From NCBI GenBank assembly GCA_022711315.1, contig JAKLFG010000005.1:7037-71036 (forward strand): DNA of 64,000 nucleotides. The letters are read 5' to 3'. The notes beneath the pieces were generated by a model. It was not told the DNA's origin and ran no database searches. It saw only the letters and a list, made by a program, of their open reading frames with translations. Origin of the DNA: a bacterium (GTDB taxonomy: Bacteria > UBP6 > UBA1177 > JAKLFG01). The position numbers were made by a program, and so were the translations under genes. Below are positions 53,283-62,732 of this stretch, one piece after another (positions within the stretch are counted from its first letter, which is position 1; the number at the start of each line of letters is the position of its first letter).

Positions 53283-53687
53283 TCAGCCGGGGATGTATTC
53301 GTTCTTATCCGATTTCCAGATGAGATAGTCGCGGTACTCCTTGTCGATGAGATCGGAGTTGCCGCTGTTGTAGACCATGATGTTGCGCAGGAAGATGAAG
53401 GCGTCGAGGTCAAGGTGCGGGAAGGAGAACGCCTGTCCTTCACCGTCCTTGCGGGCCACCTTGCCCTTCACCGCGACGCTGACCGCCGAATGTTCCGAAC
53501 TGAGTCCCAGTTTGACATCGACCTCCGCATCCATCGGAAGATCGGGGCCGCCGACGCAGTACATGCCGGAAAGACTGAGGTTCTGCACCGCACAGGGGTG
53601 GTCGACGCCGTTGTGGCGAATATGCGCCGCTATCTCAAAATTGACCCGGGAAAGCATCCGTTTGATCATATCGCTTGCCTGTAGCAC
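53283..53687 (-). CDS. PilZ domain protein
   Basis: RMLSR (RxxxR) followed by QNLSLSGM ((D/N)xSxxG). Confidence 0.65.
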   Translation of the reverse strand: MLQASDMIKRMLSRVNFEIAAHIRHNGVDHPCAVQNLSLSGMYCVGGPDLPMDAEVDVKLGLSSEHSAVSVAVKGKVARKDGEGQAFSFPHLDLDAFIFLRNIMVYNSGNSDLIDKEYRDYLIWKSDKNEYIPG

Positions 53688-53794
53688 ACCATAACGCGAA
53701 GCACTATACGAACCGGTCCGGCTTTGTCAACAGAAAGTGTTTGACAAGCGGCGAAACGGCTGATACGGTCGCCCGGACCAGCACGGGGACCGCG

Positions 53795-54433
53795 ATGAAG
53801 ATTGTAGAATCGGCGACGATACCGGCGTTGTTCGTCGAACAGCCCGACGCGAAAGAGCATCTGGAGGATATCACCGGCGCTCTGGCGGCCGGCCTCGGGC
53901 TCACGACGATACACCACGTTCGTCAGGTACATGGCGACCGTATCGTCGAAGATGCCTCGGGAGAGGGCGACGGACTTATCATCACGAAACGCGGCACCGG
54001 CGCGCTCATCCGGACCGCCGACTGTTTTCCGGTCGTTCTCGCCGACAAGGACCGGGCGCTCGCCGGCATCTTCCACTGCGGCTGGCGCGGCGTCGAACTT
54101 CATTTCGCCGCGAAGGGAGCGCGTCGACTGAAGGAACTCGGGGCTCGATCGCTTCGCGCGGTCCTGTTCCCCGGTATCGAGAAATGCTGTTTTCGCATCG
54201 GTCCCGAACTCACGGATCGTTTCGCCGCCGCCGGTATCCCGGTTGAGACGCGGGCAGGAGAACTGTTCGCCGATCTCGGCGCGGCTATCGTCGATCAACT
54301 GGCGGGGGAAGGTATCGGCGAGATAGAGGAACTGACCCGCTGCACCGCGTGCACCCCGGGGCTGTTCTCCTACCGGCGCGACCGCGACGATCGGCGCCAC
54401 GCGACCATCGTCTGGCTCCCTGCCGGTTCATAG
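53795..54433 (+). CDS. pgeF: Peptidoglycan editing factor PgeF (YfiH/laccase-domain protein)
   Basis: QVHGDRIV...TADCFPVVL...HCGWRG... motifs; ATG 53795. Confidence 0.8.
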   Translation: MKIVESATIPALFVEQPDAKEHLEDITGALAAGLGLTTIHHVRQVHGDRIVEDASGEGDGLIITKRGTGALIRTADCFPVVLADKDRALAGIFHCGWRGVELHFAAKGARRLKELGARSLRAVLFPGIEKCCFRIGPELTDRFAAAGIPVETRAGELFADLGAAIVDQLAGEGIGEIEELTRCTACTPGLFSYRRDRDDRRHATIVWLPAGS

Positions 54434-54544
54434 CGCTTTTTTTGTCGGCCCGGATATCTCTGCAGGGAAAAGAGGTCTCTTCCTTGCATTTTCTGCCGCA
54501 CGAACATATAAGGGTGATCGGGAACTTTCTTTTGAGGAGCGGGC

Positions 54545-55285
54545 ATGCTGAAAGATAATCCGCGGGTCATCATCCCGAATTTCTTCACGAGTCTCAACCT
54601 GCTGATCGGGTTCATCGTCGTCTGGCTCGCCATCGGCGGCCAATACGACCGCGCGGCGTGGTATATCCTGCTGTGCGTCATCATGGACAAGATGGATGGC
54701 ACCGCGGCGCGCGCCTTCGACGCCTGCTCGAGTTTCGGCATCGAGTTCGACTCGTTCAGCGACTTCTTCTCGTTCGGTGTCGCTCCGGCGATACTCGTCC
54801 TTTCCTTTTTCCAAGGGCAGTTCAACGGCAACATGGAGGCGGTGCCCCTCTCGATAAAAGGCGCCTGCGCCGTCTACATCCTTCTCACGGCGATACGGCT
54901 CGCCAAATTCAACTGCGCCGACAAGGAGGACAAGGACTTCTTCTACGGCCTCACCTCGACCCAGTCGGGGGCGACGGTCGCGGCGCTATTCCTCGTTGGT
55001 CGCAAATACGGTCTCGCCTTCCTCGCCGACGAGACCATCATGAGCGGCGTGATGATAATCCTCGGCGTACTCATGGTCTCGACCTTCAAGTACCGCAAGT
55101 TCAAAAAACGCTCCTCGCGCTGGCTTACCGTCCTGCAGGGGATCGTCTTCGGCGCACTCGGCATCTTCGCGATCTTTCACCTCTATCCCGAAGCGATACT
55201 CGTGATACCGATACTCTACTTCGTCGGCGGGGTCTTCCTGACCCACCTCGAGCGGCACCGCGAACAACCCGACGGCGGCGAGTGA
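54545..55285 (+). CDS. pssA: CDP-diacylglycerol--serine O-phosphatidyltransferase
   Basis: CDP-alcohol phosphatidyltransferase motif DKMDGTAARAFDACSSFGIEFDSFSDFFSFG. Confidence 0.8.
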   Translation: MLKDNPRVIIPNFFTSLNLLIGFIVVWLAIGGQYDRAAWYILLCVIMDKMDGTAARAFDACSSFGIEFDSFSDFFSFGVAPAILVLSFFQGQFNGNMEAVPLSIKGACAVYILLTAIRLAKFNCADKEDKDFFYGLTSTQSGATVAALFLVGRKYGLAFLADETIMSGVMIILGVLMVSTFKYRKFKKRSSRWLTVLQGIVFGALGIFAIFHLYPEAILVIPILYFVGGVFLTHLERHREQPDGGE

Positions 55286-55289
55286 CCGC

Positions 55290-56459
55290 ATGGCCTCGCT
55301 TCCGTTACGGCAGGGCATCGACCGGTTCGATCCCGCGACGATCGGTCGCGGCAAGGTCGCGCTGATAGCCAACCATACCGCGGTGGACCGCGCGGGCCGA
55401 TCGACCGTCGAGGTGCTCCGCGACCGCGGCGTCAAATTGTCATGCATCTTCTCGCTCGAACACGGGTTCTTCCCCGTCGCGCAGGACATGGAAGCGGTAC
55501 GGAAGGAGCAGAAGATCCGCAACATCCCGGTCGTGCCGCTCTACGGCGATTCGGCCGCGAGTCTTGTCCCCTCCTCCGATCTGCTCGACCGGTTCGACAC
55601 CGTCCTCTACGATGTGCAGGACATTGGAAGCCGCTACTATACCTATCTGCAGAGTCTTTCTCTCTTCATGGACGAACTCTCGATACGTCCCAAACGACTC
55701 ATCGTACTCGACCGATTGAACCCCATCGGCGGCGACATGGTCGAAGGGATACCCGTTCAGGAGCGGTATTACAGTTTTGTCGGCCGTTTTCCCCTTCCCC
55801 ACCGGCACGGACTGACGACCGGCGAGGCGGCGCGCTGTTATTATGCGCTCAAGGGATACTCGTTCCCTTTCGAGGTGGTCCCGATCGAAGGCTGGCGCCG
55901 TGACAGTTTCGCCGACGAGTACGATCTTCCGTGGATACCGACCTCCCCCAACATGCCGACGCTCGATACCGCGATACTCTACCCGGGCGGTTGTCTGGTC
56001 GAGGGGACCAATCTTTCGGAAGGCCGCGGCACCGCGTTCCCGTTCCGGGTCGTCGGTGCGCCGGGTATCGATCCGTTCAAGGTGACCGACGAACTCTCTG
56101 CGCTCGGTCTGCCCGGCCTCCGGTTCCTGCCGCTGGAGTTCCGTCCGATGTTCCAGAAAGAGGCGATGAAACGGTGCGGCGGTGTCTACATCGACATCAC
56201 CGACCGGCGTGCGGTACGCCCTCTCCGTGCCTATATCGCCCTCCTTTCGGTCTTCCGTGGCCTGCTCGGCGACGAGGGCTTTTTCCGCGTAAAACCTTAC
56301 GAATTCGTCACCGATATCCCGGCGATAGAACTCCTGCTCGGAGACACCTGTCTCATAGACCTGTTCTACAAAAGGGCGCCTCTCGACGAGATCGACGGCT
56401 ATCTGGCGGCCTCCGAACAGAACTGGCTGATCGCCCGACGCCCCTTTCTCCTGTACTGA
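55290..56459 (+). CDS. DUF1343 family protein (exo-beta-N-acetylmuramidase NamZ-like)
   Basis: KVALIANHTAVDRAGRSTVEVL...DVQDIGSRYYTY...LSEGRGT. Confidence 0.8.
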   Translation: MASLPLRQGIDRFDPATIGRGKVALIANHTAVDRAGRSTVEVLRDRGVKLSCIFSLEHGFFPVAQDMEAVRKEQKIRNIPVVPLYGDSAASLVPSSDLLDRFDTVLYDVQDIGSRYYTYLQSLSLFMDELSIRPKRLIVLDRLNPIGGDMVEGIPVQERYYSFVGRFPLPHRHGLTTGEAARCYYALKGYSFPFEVVPIEGWRRDSFADEYDLPWIPTSPNMPTLDTAILYPGGCLVEGTNLSEGRGTAFPFRVVGAPGIDPFKVTDELSALGLPGLRFLPLEFRPMFQKEAMKRCGGVYIDITDRRAVRPLRAYIALLSVFRGLLGDEGFFRVKPYEFVTDIPAIELLLGDTCLIDLFYKRAPLDEIDGYLAASEQNWLIARRPFLLY

Positions 56460-56579
56460 ACGGACCCCGGAAGATGAAAAACCTCGGACATTCTTGAAAA
56501 ATCGAAAGAAATAGGTGAAATGGTCCCGTCCGTTACCTGAGGAGACGATGCGTACCGACCCTGTAACGAGAGGCTTTTG

Positions 56580-57725
56580 ATGTCGCTTCTGGCCGGCTTT
56601 TTTCTTAACCCCCTTTTCCTGCTGGCGGTCGTCGTCTTTCTCGGTTCGCGTTTCATCCGGCATCGATCGGCGGCGCTGAAATTGGTACTCTTCAACGCGC
56701 TGACCATCCTCTGCCTTTTCGCGTTGTTCGATCTGCTCGCCGCGGTGCTTCTACTCCCGGAACAAGCCCGGTTCCGCACCATGGACCGTTTCACGCATCA
56801 CGGGCTTCAGCCGCTGGTCGACAGGGAAACTAAATGGGGTGACATCTCGACGCCCTATCGAGTGCGGACCAACGACCTCGGGATGGTCGATGCGGCGATG
56901 CGCACTGTTCCCCCGAAAAGCGAAAAAAGAAGGGTCCTGCTCCTCGGCGACTCTTTTGTAGAGGGCGTGGGGCTCCCTTGGGAAGACACCCTTGCCGGCA
57001 TGCTCTCGGCTGACCTTGCCCCGCGAGGCGTTGAGGTGCTGAACGCCGGTGTCGCCTCCTATTCACCGAAACTTTACTATCTTCGCATGCAACAGGTGCT
57101 CGCCGCCGGCCTTCAGATCGACGAGGTGTTCCTCTTTCTTGATATCGGGGACATTCAGGATGAGGTCGTGTACGACTACTTCGTTCCCGATAAGGAACCC
57201 ATCGATCCACTCATGAACCGGGCAATGATCTTCTTTTCTCATTATTCATGGATCTACCGCTCGTGGCATGAGCGATTCTTCACCCGTCAGGAGAACCCGA
57301 AATACGAATATGGCCCTTATTGGGAAGGGATCAAGGGGTATCATCGGGTACGCGCTCGATGGATGTACGACACGACGGAATTCGAACGCTGGGGCAAAGA
57401 GGGACTTGAAAAGGCGACGCTTCATACCGAGAAACTCTTGGCCCTGCTGAAGGAACATGGTATCAAGGCGACCCTTTCGATACACCCGTGGCCCGAGCAT
57501 GTGCGGCAACAGATATCGCATTCGATGCACGAAACACACTGGAAGATCTTCGCACTGGAGCATGGGGTTGAACTCATCGATCTTTTTCCTCTTTTTATCA
57601 ATGAGCGGCCGGCCGAAGAGGTGATAGCCGAATATTTCATAGCGGGCGACATCCATTGGGGCCGCGCCGGGCACCGTCTGGTCGCCGATGAGGTGCTGAA
57701 ACGGATAGAGAAAAACGAGCCGTGA
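56580..57725 (+). CDS. Membrane-anchored SGNH/GDSL-like hydrolase
   Basis: N-terminal TM segments, RVLLLGDSFVEGVG (GDS block) and a late DIHW (DxxH-like). ATG 56580 follows a TTG. Confidence 0.55.
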   Translation: MSLLAGFFLNPLFLLAVVVFLGSRFIRHRSAALKLVLFNALTILCLFALFDLLAAVLLLPEQARFRTMDRFTHHGLQPLVDRETKWGDISTPYRVRTNDLGMVDAAMRTVPPKSEKRRVLLLGDSFVEGVGLPWEDTLAGMLSADLAPRGVEVLNAGVASYSPKLYYLRMQQVLAAGLQIDEVFLFLDIGDIQDEVVYDYFVPDKEPIDPLMNRAMIFFSHYSWIYRSWHERFFTRQENPKYEYGPYWEGIKGYHRVRARWMYDTTEFERWGKEGLEKATLHTEKLLALLKEHGIKATLSIHPWPEHVRQQISHSMHETHWKIFALEHGVELIDLFPLFINERPAEEVIAEYFIAGDIHWGRAGHRLVADEVLKRIEKNEP

Positions 57726-57740
57726 ACAGAGAGGTGGTCC

Positions 57741-59204
57741 ATGTTGCCGGTCGGTAGAGCCGAAGATGCGCGCCGGATGGACCGTGCCGCGATCGCGAAA
57801 GGTACCCCGTCGCTCCTTCTGATGGAGAACGCCGCCTTCTCCCTGTTCCTTGCGGTGAACGAACTTCTTTCTTCCTTTGGCCCCGACCGGATCGTCGTGT
57901 TCGCCGGTAAGGGAGGCAACGGCGGCGACGGCATGGCCCTCCTGCGGATACTCGCCGACCGTGGTTGTCCTCTCCCTTTGATGTTAGTACCTTTTTTTGA
58001 TCCCGGTGAGCTGTCGGGAGATACTCTCACCAACTATCGGATGCTTCCTCGTTCCGTGACCCGAGTGAAGAACTACCGGCGACTGAACGGCAGCATCCTC
58101 TTCGTTGATGCTCTGCTCGGCACCGGGCTTTCCTCCCCTCTTGCTCCCCGTCTTCTTCGCGCAGTTGATTTTATCAATGAATACAAAGACAAAAGGGTCG
58201 TCTCGGTCGATGTCCCGACCGGCCTTTCAAGCGATACCGGCTCAACGCTCCCCCGGGCGGCACACGCCGACATGACGGTCAGTTTCGGCATACTTAAAGC
58301 GGGGCTCTTCCTCGATCAGGGACCAGCCCATGTCGGAGAGATCATGCTCGGCCCCATATCGGCGGAAACGCCACCCGACATACCGTTGTCTCTGCTTGAA
58401 GAAACCGATTATCTCGCCTGCGATCCGGCTATCGATGCACATAAGGGAACGAACGGACGGCTACTTGTCATCGGAGGAGATGTTTCAAAGATAGGCGCCT
58501 CTTTCATTGCTGCAGAGGCGTTCCTGGCATCAGGCGGAGGGTTGGCGACCGTCGCGGTCCCCGACAGGTGCCTTCTGAAACTGGCGGGCCGATACCCCGG
58601 CATCATGCTCACGACGACCGGGGAGGCTTGCGCACACCCAGACCGATGGGACGCGATCATTTGTGGTCCGGGGCTTCATAACTTCCCTCCGGAACTGGAG
58701 ACTTTCTTATTCAAAACCCGCGCTCGTCTTGTACTGGACGCAGGCATCTTCGACCATGCGGACGCTTCTTTTTTCAAGCGTTTTCGTCAGAGAGAGATCT
58801 TCTTTACACCACACCCCGGCGAACTGGCCCGTGTTATGGGACGCATAGGGAAAAAGGGACGATGGGACGCACTGGTCGAACAATTCCCGCTCGGCCCACG
58901 CCAGGTGCTCTATGCCAAAAACGCGGCTTCCATGATACGCTATAAAAAACAAACGGTTATCGTTCCTCACGGGGCGCGCGCGCTTTCGTTCGGCGGGTCT
59001 GGTGATGCCCTTGCGGGAATACTGGCCTCTTTTGCCTTGCGCTTTCCCGACCTTCTGCAGGCGGCCGTGAACGGCGCTCTTTTGCATCGACGCGCCGGCA
59101 TACTGCTTGAAACCGAATTCTCACCGAGCTTTCACCGCATTTCGAACCTTATCGAACAGATCGGGTCCGCCCTTTCCTGTTTTTCCGAGGAGGCCCGGTG
59201 GTGA
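57741..59204 (+). CDS. nnr: Bifunctional NAD(P)H-hydrate repair enzyme (epimerase/dehydratase)
   Basis: YjeF-N FAGKGGNGGDGMA. C-terminal carbohydrate-kinase HKGTNGRLLVIGG...GSGDALAG. Confidence 0.85.
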   Translation: MLPVGRAEDARRMDRAAIAKGTPSLLLMENAAFSLFLAVNELLSSFGPDRIVVFAGKGGNGGDGMALLRILADRGCPLPLMLVPFFDPGELSGDTLTNYRMLPRSVTRVKNYRRLNGSILFVDALLGTGLSSPLAPRLLRAVDFINEYKDKRVVSVDVPTGLSSDTGSTLPRAAHADMTVSFGILKAGLFLDQGPAHVGEIMLGPISAETPPDIPLSLLEETDYLACDPAIDAHKGTNGRLLVIGGDVSKIGASFIAAEAFLASGGGLATVAVPDRCLLKLAGRYPGIMLTTTGEACAHPDRWDAIICGPGLHNFPPELETFLFKTRARLVLDAGIFDHADASFFKRFRQREIFFTPHPGELARVMGRIGKKGRWDALVEQFPLGPRQVLYAKNAASMIRYKKQTVIVPHGARALSFGGSGDALAGILASFALRFPDLLQAAVNGALLHRRAGILLETEFSPSFHRISNLIEQIGSALSCFSEEARW

Positions 59205-59650
59205 AGGAGCAACGACAGGAAATTCTTTCCCGTTCCGAGGAAGAGACCGAACGGATCGGTCGGAACCTTGCCGGCTCGCTTTCTCCGGGCACTCTCATCA
59301 CGCTCGATGGCGCGCTCGGTTCGGGTAAGACGGTACTCGCCGGCGCCATCGCCGAAGGTCGAGGGGTTCCCCGGACACAGGTCCAGAGCCCGACCTATGT
59401 TATCCTTCGTCAGTATACGACGGGCAACATCTTGATATATCATTGGGATCTCTATCGCATAGCGACGATAGACGAGTTGGAAACAGCCGACCTTCCCGAA
59501 CTGTTGCGGGATCGCTCGGCGCTGACCATTATCGAGTGGGCCGGGCTGTTCCCCTCCCTCTGGGGGCACCACGCTCCCCGCGTCGAAATAACTCTTTCGG
59601 AAGGAGCGAACCATGCCGAACGACGGATCGATCTCGTCTTTGTCGACTGA
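59198..59650 (+). CDS. tsaE: tRNA t6A biosynthesis protein TsaE
   Basis: LDGALGSGKTVLAGAIA...SPTYVI...HWDLYR. GTG start overlapping the nnr end. Confidence 0.85.
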   Translation: MVKEQRQEILSRSEEETERIGRNLAGSLSPGTLITLDGALGSGKTVLAGAIAEGRGVPRTQVQSPTYVILRQYTTGNILIYHWDLYRIATIDELETADLPELLRDRSALTIIEWAGLFPSLWGHHAPRVEITLSEGANHAERRIDLVFVD

Positions 59651-60428
59651 ACGGTCCTTTGTGCCGTTACTGGATCTTCTGCTCTTCTACCGTTCCCGGC
59701 GCATTCTTTTGATATGGAGTCTTTTCATCTTCTTGATATTCTTCATGATCATGCTTCTCGTTCTCTCTTTTTTCACCAACATCGTCTCTTCGCAGATACA
59801 GTTCGTGATACCCGCTCCCGCCGAGGAGGACTCGCCGCTTTGGCACTTGTTATTCTGGTTCCTGAACGGCATGTTCGTTGTCTCTCTTCGGGCCGCCTCT
59901 TTTTTTCTCTCGTTCCTTCCGGCCTATGTTCTCGCCGCCCCCTTTCTGCAGTTCCTTTCCATATCGGCCGAGGCCCTGTATCATGGTAAAAAGTTGAAGG
60001 AGGACGCCTTCCCGGACATCGACGAGGTATTGGGGGATCTTAAGGCGGCGGCCATCGTTGCGCTTTTCTGTTTCGGGCTGACGGTCATTGCGATCATCGC
60101 CGATTTCATACCCTTTATCGGTGCGTTGATCTGCGCCGCCATACTTCTTTCGGTATCGGCCTTCCTTGTCGTTCACTTCCCCTCTTCACGGCGGGGATGG
60201 GAAGTGCGCCAGACCGTGGAATGGATCATCGGTCACCCGTGGGACTCTGCCCGCCTTGGCATGTTCCTTCCCCTTATTGCGGCCGTACCGATCTTGAGTC
60301 CTTTTCTCGTCGCGACGATGTTCCCGTTCCTTGTCATCTATGGAGCATCGAATCTCGAACTCATCGAGGAGAACCGACGCAAAAAGACCGCGGTCGCACA
60401 GACGAGGATCGTGGACGAAGGATCATAA
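59613..60428 (+). CDS. Integral membrane protein (EI24/CysZ-like, tentative)
   Basis: Multiple TM segments. Start is uncertain because it overlaps the tsaE end. Confidence 0.4.
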   Translation: MPNDGSISSLSTERSFVPLLDLLLFYRSRRILLIWSLFIFLIFFMIMLLVLSFFTNIVSSQIQFVIPAPAEEDSPLWHLLFWFLNGMFVVSLRAASFFLSFLPAYVLAAPFLQFLSISAEALYHGKKLKEDAFPDIDEVLGDLKAAAIVALFCFGLTVIAIIADFIPFIGALICAAILLSVSAFLVVHFPSSRRGWEVRQTVEWIIGHPWDSARLGMFLPLIAAVPILSPFLVATMFPFLVIYGASNLELIEENRRKKTAVAQTRIVDEGS

Positions 60429-61154
60429 CTTCCCGGGAAATATCCCCTGCGCGGTACGCCACACGATACTTTCAAGTTCAGGTTGAGGTATCTTCAATAA
60501 TTCTGACCCCTTTTCATAGATCGCACGGATATCGACGGGCAGGGTGCGCTCCCGGCCACGCGGTGGTTGGAACGGCGCATCGGTCTCGAAGAGGATGCGG
60601 TCCGGCGGCAGGCCCTTCAGAGCCGCGATGGCCCCCGGATAGGTCTTTATGACCGGCGTCCCGAAACTGAAAAAGCCGTTCACCCCCCGTTTCAGGAAGG
60701 CCTGCCCCTCATCGGCGGTACCGGGATAACAATGGAAGATCACAGATGGAAGTTTTTTCAAAAGCATCGTTTCAGCGAACAACTCGGCCATTCCGCGCCG
60801 GACATGGAGTACCACCGGAAGATGGTACTGTTCGGCGATGGCGCACTGCGCGCGAAAAATATCCCGTTGCTTTTTTTCTTTTTCCTCATCACGGCCATTA
60901 TAAAAATCGAACCCGAACTCCCCCACGGCGGATATCTGCCCGGAATTGGACAATTTTTCCAGTGTTTCCAACGATCGGCCTGTAGCATCAAGCCAGAGGG
61001 GATGAAGACCGTAGGAACAAAGCACTGCGGGGTCACCCAGCGAAAGTGACGGGTCTTCCGGATCGTGTACCGAGGTAAGTACCGATGCCGGCAACGGACG
61101 GGCCTGTTCACCCATCGGGATCTCGCTTAAGTGTATGTGCGCGTCGAACAACAT
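60423..61154 (-). CDS. TatD-family hydrolase
   Basis: MLFDAHIHL N-terminus...VLHVR...ETDAP. ATG 61154. Confidence 0.8.
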   Translation of the reverse strand: MLFDAHIHLSEIPMGEQARPLPASVLTSVHDPEDPSLSLGDPAVLCSYGLHPLWLDATGRSLETLEKLSNSGQISAVGEFGFDFYNGRDEEKEKKQRDIFRAQCAIAEQYHLPVVLHVRRGMAELFAETMLLKKLPSVIFHCYPGTADEGQAFLKRGVNGFFSFGTPVIKTYPGAIAALKGLPPDRILFETDAPFQPPRGRERTLPVDIRAIYEKGSELLKIPQPELESIVWRTAQGIFPGKL

Positions 61155-61265
61155 CGGTTCTTCCTTTTTTCTTCTTGTATCGTCACCGAGATCGACCCGT
61201 GAGTCAAGAAATCGTTGCAAGCAGGCCCGTTATCGGTATCATGAGGTCGGTCAAAGGAGGCTCCC

Positions 61266-62621
61266 GTGCGACTTGCCGAACGAATCGGGCTTACCATCGC
61301 GGCGCCCGCTACTGCCACCGGTGGGGCGATCGCCATTATCCGGATAAGCGGTCCCGCGACATCCGCTGTCCTGAAAAAACTGACCGGTCACGATCATTTT
61401 GTCCCTCGTCGAGCAACTCTTTGTTCTCTTGATCTCGGCCCCCGCGCCGCCGCTGAACAGGCGATAGTCCTTTATTTCGCCGCTCCGGCGAGTTACACCG
61501 GTGAAGAGATGGCCGAACTGCACCTTCATGGTGGCGCCGGCACGGTGGAGGAAACGCTCTCCCGTCTCACGGAACTCGATGCGACACCGGCCGCGCCCGG
61601 GGAATTTTCGTTCCGCGCCGTCGTCAACGGCAAAATGACCCTTGCGCAGGCTGCCGCGATCCCCGATCTGGTCGCGACCCAAGACCGCCTGCAGGCCGAT
61701 ATCGCGCGTCGTGCCGCCTATGGCGGACTTTTTGAACAAGTGGCGGTCCCGCTCCTGACGCAATGGGACGAACTGGACACTATCGCGAACGCTACGGTCG
61801 ATTTTCCCGAACAGGTCACCGAACATCTCCCTCTCGCAAAGATATCGACCCTTATCGAAGAGACTGAGCGCCTGCTTGTTCCTGCACTCGAGAACACACA
61901 ACGGTTCGACCGTGCCGCGACACCACGCATCCTCATCGCGGGGCGACCCAATGTCGGCAAATCGCTTCTTTTCAATCGCCTCCTGTGTCTTGATCGCGCG
62001 ATCGTATCTCCCGAACCGGGGACCACGCGTGATTATCTGACCGCCTTGTGGCAGCTCCCTCTCCCCGCCGTCACGGTCGAATTGTGCGACACCGCCGGCC
62101 TGCGCGATACCGCGTCGGGGATCGAAAAGGAAGGAATTACGCGAACCCTAACTCTAAGCGAGGTTTCAGAGCATATTGTCCTTCTTTTTGACGGCTCCGA
62201 CGCCCCGACCGCCGCTGATATCGCCGCCCGCGCCCTTTTTGCGCCGAAAAAACCTCTTGTCATTGCCAACAAAGCGGATCTCGCCCGTCATCCGGAGGCT
62301 GAGAGCATGGCGCCCGACCTCTTCATCTCTGCTCTTACCGGCGAAGGGGTCCCGGAAATGATAACCCTTCTTGCCGGGCGGATCATGGCTCTTCTCCCCG
62401 ATGCCGCTTTGCCGATCCTGCTTCATGCCGAACGACGGAGGGTCGCCGAACGACTTTACGCGGCTCTCGAAGAGTTGCGCTCCCTCCTTTTCGCCGGGGA
62501 TCTTGCGCTCCTTGTTATCGCGATCTCTCGCTGTCGGACCCTTTTGGGCGAACTCACCGGACGAAGCGATGACCCCGACCTTTACGAACGGATCTTTTCG
62601 TCATTCTGTCTCGGTAAATGA
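61266..62621 (+). CDS. mnmE: tRNA modification GTPase MnmE
   Basis: GAIAIIRISG, G1 GRPNVGKSLLFNRL, DTAG, C-terminal FCLGK. GTG start. Confidence 0.9.
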   Translation: MRLAERIGLTIAAPATATGGAIAIIRISGPATSAVLKKLTGHDHFVPRRATLCSLDLGPRAAAEQAIVLYFAAPASYTGEEMAELHLHGGAGTVEETLSRLTELDATPAAPGEFSFRAVVNGKMTLAQAAAIPDLVATQDRLQADIARRAAYGGLFEQVAVPLLTQWDELDTIANATVDFPEQVTEHLPLAKISTLIEETERLLVPALENTQRFDRAATPRILIAGRPNVGKSLLFNRLLCLDRAIVSPEPGTTRDYLTALWQLPLPAVTVELCDTAGLRDTASGIEKEGITRTLTLSEVSEHIVLLFDGSDAPTAADIAARALFAPKKPLVIANKADLARHPEAESMAPDLFISALTGEGVPEMITLLAGRIMALLPDAALPILLHAERRRVAERLYAALEELRSLLFAGDLALLVIAISRCRTLLGELTGRSDDPDLYERIFSSFCLGK

Positions 62622-62732
62622 CCTTCCCTCCATTTTACTTTTCGCTCTTTTTACTTATGATGCATACCGAGGCCTAGGCCTCCCCGTTTTCGCGCGTTAT
62701 AGGGCAAATGCGGCGGTCGGCACCGGAGGTAT